A stretch of 64,000 bases of DNA, taken from the NCBI GenBank assembly GCA_030765135.1, contig JAVCDC010000125.1:31607-95606 (forward strand). The letters run 5' to 3'. A program made the translations under genes and the position numbers. Under the pieces are notes generated by a model. That model had not been told where the DNA came from. It did no database searches and was given only the letters and a program-made list of their open reading frames with translations. The stretch comes from Candidatus Tritonobacter lacicola. GTDB lineage: Bacteria; Auribacterota; Tritonobacteria; Tritonobacterales; Tritonobacteraceae. Shown piece by piece: positions 57,235-64,000 of this stretch; positions within the stretch are counted from its first letter, which is position 1; each line of letters starts with the position of its first letter.

Positions 57235-57971
57235 GGCCTGGCCTCCCTTATCATCTCGATGAAAAACCTCTCCAGCGACTCCTTCCTCTCCGACAGTATC
57301 TCATCGAGGGTGCCCGAACGTATCAGCCTGCCGCCGTGGACGATCCCGACGTGATCGCATATCAGCTCTACCTCGGAGAGCTCATGGGACGAGAAGAAGA
57401 CGGTCTTGCCCGACGCCTTGAGGTTCCTGATGATTTCACGCACCTTGATCCGGGCGATCGGGTCCAGACCTCCGGTCGGCTCGTCGAGTATGAGAAGCTC
57501 CGGGTCGTTCAGGAGGGCCTGCGCGAGGCCCACCTTCTGGAGCATGCCCTTGGAGTAATGCTTGAGAAGGGTCTTCTCCTCCCCCCGCAGCCCCACCAGC
57601 TCGAGGACCTGCTCCGTCCTCTCCGCGATAAGGCGCTTGTCCATGCCGAAGATCCTGCCGTACATCGCCATAATCTCCCCGGCATTGAGGAAGCTGTAGA
57701 AATAGGAGACCTCCGGAAGGTATCCGAGGCGCCTGTGCGACCGGATGTCGGCCGCACGCATTCCAAGGACGGTTATATCTCCGCTCTTCGGGAACACCAG
57801 GCCGAGCAGCGCCTTGATCGTGGTCGTCTTGCCGGCGCCGTTCGGGCCGAGGAACCCGTAGATCTCGCCCCTGGCAATGGATATGGACAGGCCGTCCAGC
57901 GCCCTCCTGGCGCTCCTCCCGGCGCCGTACTCCACGACGAGCTCCCTTATCTCTATAACGTTCTCGCTCAC
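57231..57971 (-). CDS. ABC transporter ATP-binding protein
   Basis: Walker A GPNGAGKTT, signature LSKGMLQKVGLAQAL, Walker B LLILDEPTGGLD. GTG start flush against the 30-bp palindromic motif. Confidence 0.8.
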   Translation of the reverse strand: MSENVIEIRELVVEYGAGRSARRALDGLSISIARGEIYGFLGPNGAGKTTTIKALLGLVFPKSGDITVLGMRAADIRSHRRLGYLPEVSYFYSFLNAGEIMAMYGRIFGMDKRLIAERTEQVLELVGLRGEEKTLLKHYSKGMLQKVGLAQALLNDPELLILDEPTGGLDPIARIKVREIIRNLKASGKTVFFSSHELSEVELICDHVGIVHGGRLIRSGTLDEILSERKESLERFFIEMIREARP

Positions 57972-57974
57972 TTT

Positions 57975-58004
57975 AAATTAGCTCGCTACGCTCGCAAATT
58001 TATT
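57975..58004. promoter_or_regulatory. 30-bp near-palindromic element, copy 5
   Basis: TAAATTAGCTCGCTACGCTCGCAAATTTAT, 3 nt upstream of the GTG start of the ABC ATPase. Confidence 0.6.
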
Positions 58005-58140
58005 TGGCTCCGACTGCGTCGGAGCATTGTGGTAGCCCTCCCGAAAGCTTTCGGGGCGCACCCTAAAGCCTGCCCGCCAGGCGGGCGGCTACCTTTGAAA
58101 ATATAACAAATTCCTATACGATCAAATTAACCACGGACTT
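57975..58140. repeat. repeated intergenic element, copy B
   Basis: Collinear blocks identical or near-identical to copy A; the middle differs, with GCCTGCCCGCCAGGCGGGCGGC here versus CCCGGTCCCGGTGGGAC...CCGGCGGGATCC there. Confidence 0.6.
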
Positions 58141-58260
58141 AACACCTACCTGTCGTCAATAAGGAATTATACCGGCTAAACCTTGTTGAAAACAGGATCT
58201 AATTTTTGGGCTTCACCTATTTCAGCAAAAATTAAATAAGCCGTAGCAACAATTATATTA

Positions 58261-59613
58261 TTATACGGGGTTCCACACGATCTTCTCAAGCGCCTCCCCT
58301 ATGACCTCGCTGTATGTGGGGTGCGCGTGGATAACCCCGGCAAGGTCCGACGCCGTGAGCCGCAGCTTGACCGCCGCCGCGATCTCCGCGATGAGATCCG
58401 TCGCCCGTTCGCCTATGATCTGCGCCCCGAGCACCGTACCGCTCCCGGGGTCGCACAGCACCTTTGCGAAACCGGAGACCTCGCCCGTCGCGTGGGCGAG
58501 GCCGATGGCCCGGTAATCCGCCCTTCCGACCCTGACGGGACAACCGCGGGCCGCGGCTTCTTCTTCTCCCATGCCGACGGAAGCAACTTCGGGATGGGTG
58601 AATATGCAGCTCGGGACCGCGGAGTAGTCCATCCGGGAGTTCCCGCCCATGGCGTTGTCGGCCGCGACCCTCCCCTGCGCCGTCGCCACGTGCGCGAGCA
58701 GGAGCCTGCCGGTAACGTCCCCCACGGCGAAGACGGACGGGCCCGATGTCCTCATATCATCCCCCGCCCGGATGGATCGGCCTTCCATCTCCAGCATGCC
58801 CTCCGGGAAAGCCGGCAATACCGGAACGCGGCCGACGGCAACGAGAGTCGTGTCCACCCGGAGGCTTCGCTCGCCTTTCGGCGTCCGCACGACCGCCCCT
58901 CCCCCGGCATCAACGGAGACGACGCTCGACCCGGCAAAGACGTTAACGCCGGACCTTCTCAGGTGCTTCCTCAGCTCCGCCCCGACGTCCCCGTCAACGG
59001 AAGGGAGGATCTCTTCCATCGCCTCGACGATCGTCACTCGGGAGCCGAGGCTGTTGTATATCGTGGCGAACTCGCACCCGATAGCCCCGCCGCCGACTAT
59101 CAGCAGGGCCCCGGGGACATTCTCCAGGCGCAGGGCCTCCCTGCTTGTCCAGCAACTTCCCCCCCTTACTACGCCGCCGGGAATGGCGGCGGGCATCGAA
59201 CCCGTGGCCAGGATTATGCTGCCGGCCGTGATGCGTGTATCGCCGTCGACGCTTATGACCCCCTCCCCTTCAATACCGCCCTCTCCCCTGACGCGTTCCA
59301 CGCCGCTCTCGTAGAGGAGCCTCTCCATCGACTTCGCCAGCCTCTCAACAACCGCCCTGCTCCCATCGGCGATCCTTTGGAGGTCCACGCAGCCGACCTC
59401 GAGCTCGACCCCCCTCTTTCCGCTCTTGGCCGCCTCCTCGATCAGACCGCAGGTGCTGAGAACGTGCTTGGTCGGGATGCATCCCCGGTGGAGGCAGACG
59501 CCGCCCACACGCTCCCTCTCTATCAGGACAACACTGCCGCCGAGCGCGGCGACGCGGAGGGCGGCCGAGTAGCCGCCGGGGCCCCCGCCTATAATGCCGA
59601 CGTCGTAATCCAT
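58261..59613 (-). CDS. lpdA: dihydrolipoyl dehydrogenase
   Basis: MDYDVGIIGGGPGGYSAA FAD-binding N-terminus, redox disulfide GGVCLHRGCIPTK, C-terminal dimerisation HAHPTYSEV. Confidence 0.85.
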   Translation of the reverse strand: MDYDVGIIGGGPGGYSAALRVAALGGSVVLIERERVGGVCLHRGCIPTKHVLSTCGLIEEAAKSGKRGVELEVGCVDLQRIADGSRAVVERLAKSMERLLYESGVERVRGEGGIEGEGVISVDGDTRITAGSIILATGSMPAAIPGGVVRGGSCWTSREALRLENVPGALLIVGGGAIGCEFATIYNSLGSRVTIVEAMEEILPSVDGDVGAELRKHLRRSGVNVFAGSSVVSVDAGGGAVVRTPKGERSLRVDTTLVAVGRVPVLPAFPEGMLEMEGRSIRAGDDMRTSGPSVFAVGDVTGRLLLAHVATAQGRVAADNAMGGNSRMDYSAVPSCIFTHPEVASVGMGEEEAAARGCPVRVGRADYRAIGLAHATGEVSGFAKVLCDPGSGTVLGAQIIGERATDLIAEIAAAVKLRLTASDLAGVIHAHPTYSEVIGEALEKIVWNPV

Positions 59614-59664
59614 GATGCATTAAGTTAACAGGTAACATACAAAGCCAAAACGATTTTTTTCCTG

Positions 59665-59693
59665 TTGACATGCAAAAGGCCCGGACATACGAT
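59665..59693 (+). promoter_or_regulatory. sigma70-like promoter (TTGACA, 17-nt spacer, TACGAT) for the lipoprotein gene
   Basis: TTGACA at 59665..59670, a 17-nt spacer, TACGAT at 59688..59693, about 25 nt upstream of the SD. Confidence 0.4.
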
Positions 59694-59723
59694 TGGGCAA
59701 AACGTGGAAAAAGGAGGAGCATC

Positions 59724-60140
59724 ATGACGAGGAACCTTCTGCTGGTTATTCTGTTATCGATACCGCTGCTCGCCGGCTGCGCGTCGAAGTCGGATGTGAA
59801 AACGGGAACGATGCCCGAGTTCACAACCGACCTGACTTTCGACGATATTCCGATCCCGAAAGGATTCAAGCTGACGCGGAGCAAGTCCCTCTCCTTCCAG
59901 AACGACTACATGAGGGTCGGGCGGTTCGTCTATTACGGGAGGGAGGACACCAACGATGTTCTCGCCTTCATCCAGCAGCAGATGCCCCTTAACCAGTGGG
60001 AACCGATCAGCTACGTCGACACGAAGCAGAGCATCCGGCGCTACGAAAAGGGCGACCAGGAATGCACGGTCATCGTCGAGAAGAGAACGGGCTGGAAGAA
60101 CTGCATGATTTCAATCTGGGTCAGCCCCAAGAGCAAATGA
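59724..60140 (+). CDS. small lipoprotein of unknown function
   Basis: Start MTRNLLLVILLSIPLLAGCAS with lipobox LLAGC; AAGGAGG sits 6 nt upstream of the ATG. Confidence 0.5.
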   Translation: MTRNLLLVILLSIPLLAGCASKSDVKTGTMPEFTTDLTFDDIPIPKGFKLTRSKSLSFQNDYMRVGRFVYYGREDTNDVLAFIQQQMPLNQWEPISYVDTKQSIRRYEKGDQECTVIVEKRTGWKNCMISIWVSPKSK

Positions 60141-60144
60141 CATA

Positions 60145-60180
60145 AAAACCCCCTCCCTTATCACGGGAGGGGTTTTTTAT
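60145..60180. terminator. bidirectional rho-independent terminator
   Basis: AAAAACCCCCTCCC-ttatcac-GGGAGGGGTTTTTT between convergent genes; T/A runs flank a perfect GC-rich stem on both sides. Confidence 0.7.
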
Positions 60181-60737
60181 TTAGGGATGAAAAGGGTCTG
60201 CCCCATCCTCAGCGCATCGGGATCGCCCAGGTCGTTCGCCTCCACGATGACCTCGACCGTCACACCGTAGTTCCTGGCTATCTCTCCCAGGGTTTCCCCG
60301 CTCTCGACCACGTGCTCGTAGCCGGTCGTGAACGAGCTCTTTTTCGCCTCCTCTATCGCCTGGAGGAGCTTCTTGTTCTCCGCCACCACCGACTGGTACC
60401 TCGACTCGACATTTGCGGAGACTGCCTTTAACTCTGCAGAGACGTCCTCGAGCTTCTTCTTCGTGCGGACATCCTGTTTCTCCAGTTCGCCGCTGAGGTT
60501 GTCCACCGACCGCTGCAGGTCGGCGATGTTGGCGGTGATGTTCCCCTCGAGGAAGGAGATCCTTTTTTCGAGTTCATCTATGCGGCCGGACGTCTTCTCG
60601 ACCTTCAGCTCGATACGCCTGAGGTCCTCCCGGAGGCCGGCCTGCTTCGACTGCATGGCATCGAGCCGGGGCCTCGAGGAGGCGCACCCGAGAAGCAGCA
60701 GGGCAACTACTATGATGAATCCGGCAAACCTGCTCAC
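60177..60737 (-). CDS. coiled-coil lipoprotein with C-terminal LysM domain
   Basis: Lipobox LLLGCAS, a long heptad coiled coil, and a C-terminal LysM (HVVESGETLGEIARNYGVTVEVIVEANDL...GQTLFIP). Confidence 0.55.
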   Translation of the reverse strand: MSRFAGFIIVVALLLLGCASSRPRLDAMQSKQAGLREDLRRIELKVEKTSGRIDELEKRISFLEGNITANIADLQRSVDNLSGELEKQDVRTKKKLEDVSAELKAVSANVESRYQSVVAENKKLLQAIEEAKKSSFTTGYEHVVESGETLGEIARNYGVTVEVIVEANDLGDPDALRMGQTLFIPK

Positions 60738-60740
60738 GGG

Positions 60741-61271
60741 CTATTCGGGGGCCACCATGAAATGGCCCCGGCGGTTCTGCCACCAGGCGCTCTCGTCGTG
60801 GCCGGTGTCGACCGGGCGCTCCTCGCCGTAGCTTATCGTGTAAACCATGTCCGGGCCGACACCGAGATCCACCAGGTAGCCCCTCACGCTCAGTGCCCTT
60901 CTGTCGCCAAGCGCGAGGTTGTACTCGTTCGAACCCCGTTCGTCGCAATGCCCCTCGACCTGGATAACAACCGCGGGATTGCTGTTGAGCCACGCCGCGA
61001 TATTCTCCAGAATCCCGCGCTCGCTGTCCTTTATGCTCGGATCGTCGTAGTCGAAGTGAATGTCCTCGAAAATGGCCTTCATCTCGGGGTCCGTTATCTC
61101 CCCGAAGATCATCGAGTCGGGCATCTCGCTGAGCGGGATCCCCTCCCCCCAGCCTCCTCCGGCGGTACCCGGGCCTGACGAGGGAATGGTGGCGCCCCTC
61201 CGGGGCTTCTTACAGCCCGCCACTGTGACGACGAGAAGCACAACCAGTACCGCTGCTACAACGTTTCTCAT
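60741..61271 (-). CDS. pal: peptidoglycan-associated lipoprotein Pal (OmpA-like)
   Basis: Lipobox VAGCK; OmpA_C motif VIQVEGHCDERGSNEYNLALGDRRA. Confidence 0.8.
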   Translation of the reverse strand: MRNVVAAVLVVLLVVTVAGCKKPRRGATIPSSGPGTAGGGWGEGIPLSEMPDSMIFGEITDPEMKAIFEDIHFDYDDPSIKDSERGILENIAAWLNSNPAVVIQVEGHCDERGSNEYNLALGDRRALSVRGYLVDLGVGPDMVYTISYGEERPVDTGHDESAWWQNRRGHFMVAPE

Positions 61272-61362
61272 ATCCTCTCCTCCTCTTTGCTCGTGGAATT
61301 TACGTCCATTATAACGGAGCCCCCATTGCAGTCAAACGTTAAAAGCGCCGGTAACCGTTTCA

Positions 61363-62655
61363 TTAATTCAAGCTCGACGACCACGATGGGGACGTCGAAT
61401 TGAAGTTCCACTTGGTGATCCTGACCGGAACCCTTTCGTAAATATCCACGATGTAGATGTCCGACTTGTACTTTCTCGTGGACTCGTAGACAACGTGCCG
61501 TCCATCGGGGGCCCACGACGGGTTATCGTCGATCGATGAGCCGCTCGTGACCTGGGTCGACGCCCCGCCATCCGGGCCGATGACATACAAATCGAAGTCC
61601 CTGCCGCGCCGCGAGGAATATACTATCTTGTCTCCTTTCGGCGACCAGTCCGGGGAGACGTTGTAGCCTCCCTCGTAGGTGAGGCGCCTCGTCTTCTTGC
61701 CGGCAAGGTCCATGACGTATATCTGCGGTGAACCGCTCCTGTCGGACACGAAGGCTATCCTCCGTCCGTCGGGTGACCAGCACGGTGAGATCTCCGCGCC
61801 CCTCGTGCGCGTCAGCCTGCGCAGCGACCCCGTGGCGAGGTTCATCCGGTATATCTCGGGATTCCCGTCCTTCGAGAGAGAGAGGAGCATGCTCCCGCCG
61901 TCCGGCGATATCGCCCCCGTGGCGTTAAGGCCGGGGTAGAAAGCGACGCCCTTAGCCGAGCCGCCGGCGACGTGCTGGATGTACAGCTCCGGGCGGCTGC
62001 GCCGGTAAGAGGTAAACACCAGCTTTTGCCCGTCCGGGGACCAGTCCGGCGACAGGCATATCGATTTATCCTTGCTGACCTGCCGGGCGTTCGAGCCATC
62101 GAAGTCCATGACGTATATCTGCTTGTTGCCCGAACGGTTCGCGACGAAGGCGATCTTCGTCGAGGCGATACCCTTCTCCCCCGTCACCGCGTAGATGATA
62201 TCGTCTGCTATCCTGTGGGCGAGCCTTCTCAGGTCGCTCTTCGGCGCATTGTAGCGTTTCGCGAACACGCTCCGGCCACCGGCCGTTGAATAGACCCTGC
62301 ACTCGACGGTCACCCCGGCGAGGGACGAGGACGTCGACCCCTTCACCACCATCTCGGCCCCTATCCTCCTCCACTCGGCTATGTGGACCTTCCCCGTCCG
62401 CACGTCGTCGGCCTGCGTTTCCTCGACGAACTTCTTTTTCTTCAGCGGCGAGAAGTATCCGGACAGCTCGAGGTCGGAGGAGAGCTGCGCGGCTATCCCG
62501 CTCGAGAGCTCCGCAGACGGAGCTCCCGCTTTCTGATGGAAGGACGGCACGGCTATCCTCGTCCTCTGAGCGTATTTCTTGGATACGGTCACCGATATCT
62601 GAGAGAGAGAGGTTCCGGCGGTGAGGAGGGTTGAAAGCACCGCGAGAGCGGTCAT
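61363..62655 (-). CDS. tolB: Tol-Pal system beta-propeller protein TolB
   Basis: Repeated SPDG....(I/V)(A/V)F.S propeller blades (SPDGQKLVFTS, SPDGRRIAFVSDRSGSPQIYVMD, WAPDGRHVVYES); start MTALAVLSTLL at 62655. Confidence 0.8.
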   Translation of the reverse strand: MTALAVLSTLLTAGTSLSQISVTVSKKYAQRTRIAVPSFHQKAGAPSAELSSGIAAQLSSDLELSGYFSPLKKKKFVEETQADDVRTGKVHIAEWRRIGAEMVVKGSTSSSLAGVTVECRVYSTAGGRSVFAKRYNAPKSDLRRLAHRIADDIIYAVTGEKGIASTKIAFVANRSGNKQIYVMDFDGSNARQVSKDKSICLSPDWSPDGQKLVFTSYRRSRPELYIQHVAGGSAKGVAFYPGLNATGAISPDGGSMLLSLSKDGNPEIYRMNLATGSLRRLTRTRGAEISPCWSPDGRRIAFVSDRSGSPQIYVMDLAGKKTRRLTYEGGYNVSPDWSPKGDKIVYSSRRGRDFDLYVIGPDGGASTQVTSGSSIDDNPSWAPDGRHVVYESTRKYKSDIYIVDIYERVPVRITKWNFNSTSPSWSSSLN

Positions 62656-62922
62656 AGCCCGGGTACTTGTGGTTGTCGTCACTCTCGATCGCTGATGCAA
62701 TGCTCTATCTCTTTCCGTCAGGCCGCAAAATATATACCACAGCTCCCGCATTCCATGAAACTAAAACTGCATCGCTTGCATCTTTTCTTGTAGCTTTTAA
62801 CTAGAAACCTTCGACCGTCTTCACCTTTACGTCCTTCGCGGTCTTTACGAGAGAATCTTTCTGTTTTTTTATTGAACATTGGGCATTGAGCGTTGAACAT
62901 TGAACATCCATCTTTTCCTTCT

Positions 62923-63618
62923 TTACTCGGCCAGGTCGAAAGTCACGGTGACATCGATGGACTCGCCCTTCCACCCGGGGGGAAAGGGCGGGAACGGCTG
63001 CGCGTCCTCGATCGCCTTCGTGACGCTCTCGTCCATGAGGTACTTGCCGGAGGATGACCTGATCCCCAGGACCGCCACGCGGCCGTCCCTGAACACCCTG
63101 AAGGCCACGACCGCCTGCAGCGGCTTATCCCCGACCATCACCTTGCTCGGCTGGAGCCAGCTTCCGTACACCTTGCTCGCGACGATGTCGCCGTACCATG
63201 GGAAGTCGAAGTCCTTCGTCTCCACAGTCGCCTTCCTCTGCTCCATGAACTCCTCGGGCTCGACGAACTTCTTCTCCAGCTTCTCCTCCCTCTCCTTGAT
63301 CTTCTTCTCGATCTCTTTCTTCTTGTCCTCGAATATGTTTTTTTTGACGAGCTTCTTTTTCGGCTTCGGTTTCTTATCGGGCTTTTTCTCAGGCTTCTTC
63401 TTCGGTTTCGGTTTCGGTTTCTTTTTTTTCTTTCTGGCCGGAGGCGGCTGCGGCACGGGTTGCTTCTTCATGGAGGCTTCCTTGACGATGTTGACCGTGT
63501 ATATGCGGGGCTCGGGCTTCTTCCTCAACGAGAAACCCGGGAAGAACACAATGGAGGCGATGATCGCGGCGTGGACCAGGATCGAGACCGTGAGGCTTCT
63601 CGTTCTTACAAGCGTCAT
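62923..63618 (-). CDS. TolA/TonB-family protein (N-terminal TM, Lys/Pro-rich linker, TonB_C-like C-terminal domain)
   Basis: PKPKPKKKPEKKPDKKPKPKKK linker; position between tolR and tolB. Confidence 0.55.
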   Translation of the reverse strand: MTLVRTRSLTVSILVHAAIIASIVFFPGFSLRKKPEPRIYTVNIVKEASMKKQPVPQPPPARKKKKKPKPKPKKKPEKKPDKKPKPKKKLVKKNIFEDKKKEIEKKIKEREEKLEKKFVEPEEFMEQRKATVETKDFDFPWYGDIVASKVYGSWLQPSKVMVGDKPLQAVVAFRVFRDGRVAVLGIRSSSGKYLMDESVTKAIEDAQPFPPFPPGWKGESIDVTVTFDLAE

Positions 63619-63998
63619 TACTTTTTGGGGACCGTGGCAATCCCCAATCTCGAAATGCCCGACTCGGTGATTCGGTCCAGGGTATCTACGACGATGCTGT
63701 ACTTGAGGTTCCTGTCCGCCCTGAGGATGATGGAGACCAGGGGGTCGGCCTCCTTGAGCGCCCTCAGCCTCTCCTCCAGCTCGTCCAGCTCCACCCGCCT
63801 GTTGTCGATATAGACCCTGAAGGAATCCCCGTGCCTGGACACGCTCACGGTAACGCTCTTCGGCTCCGCCATTTTGCTCGGGGAGGCGGAGGGCAGGTTG
63901 AGGTTGATGCCGTGCTCTATCATCGGCGCTATGAGTATGAATATTATTAAGATGAAGAAGGTGACGTCAATGAGCGGGGTGAGGTTGACCCGGTTCAT
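63618..63998 (-). CDS. TolR/ExbD biopolymer transport protein
   Basis: MNRVNLTPLIDVTFFILIIFIL, the canonical ExbD/TolR N-terminus; 126 aa. Confidence 0.7.
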   Translation of the reverse strand: MNRVNLTPLIDVTFFILIIFILIAPMIEHGINLNLPSASPSKMAEPKSVTVSVSRHGDSFRVYIDNRRVELDELEERLRALKEADPLVSIILRADRNLKYSIVVDTLDRITESGISRLGIATVPKK

Positions 63999-64000
63999 CG

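Overview
This window is a high-GC bacterial chromosome segment carrying AT-rich intergenic islands. It is almost entirely one large minus-strand cell-envelope glycoconjugate biosynthesis island of about 48 kb (1..49630). The rest is a small signalling module (REC-GGDEF regulator, tandem Kdo/WaaP-type kinase-like protein, PAS histidine kinase), an ABC exporter, lpd, and a complete Tol-Pal tail (TolR, TolA, TolB, Pal, LysM lipoprotein). The island contains: (a) nine GT-C-fold polytopic membrane glycosyltransferases (ArnT/PMT_2-like with KPPL/PPL loops, one YfhO-family, one TPR-tailed, one partial at the window edge); (b) a GT2 polyprenol-phosphate-sugar synthase (DGDGQHDP) with a DUF2304-like partner, a second GT2, a MOP/Wzx-type flippase, a Wzy_C/O-antigen-ligase-like protein, an LpxL-like acyltransferase, a CE4-like deacetylase, an SGNH/GDSL hydrolase, a GH-A (ELWNEP) lipoprotein and a large secreted FG-GAP-repeat protein; (c) six paralogous B12-binding radical SAM enzymes (each with a CxxxCxxC motif after an N-terminal cobalamin-binding domain), plus one radical SAM/SPASM protein and one SAM methyltransferase; (d) four tandem LtaS/EptA-like sulfatase-fold membrane transferases in which the sulfatase C-x-P-x-R signature reads T-N-P-S-H. 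Superimposed non-coding structure is striking: four tandem arrays of a CACGTNN heptamer abut gene ends and sit upstream of paralogous genes, and a 30-bp near-palindrome (TAAATTAGCTCGCTACGCTCGCAAATTTAT) occurs five times, in four cases flush against start codons. A repeated intergenic element of about 170-240 bp, a 72-bp tandem duplication inside a 600-bp ORF-free region, shared (TCAATCG)n microsatellites at two distant gene 3' ends, and several strong G/C hairpins are also present. I found no rRNA, tRNA, CRISPR array, transposase or integrase. I could not run homology searches, so family calls rest on motifs and architecture I can read directly.
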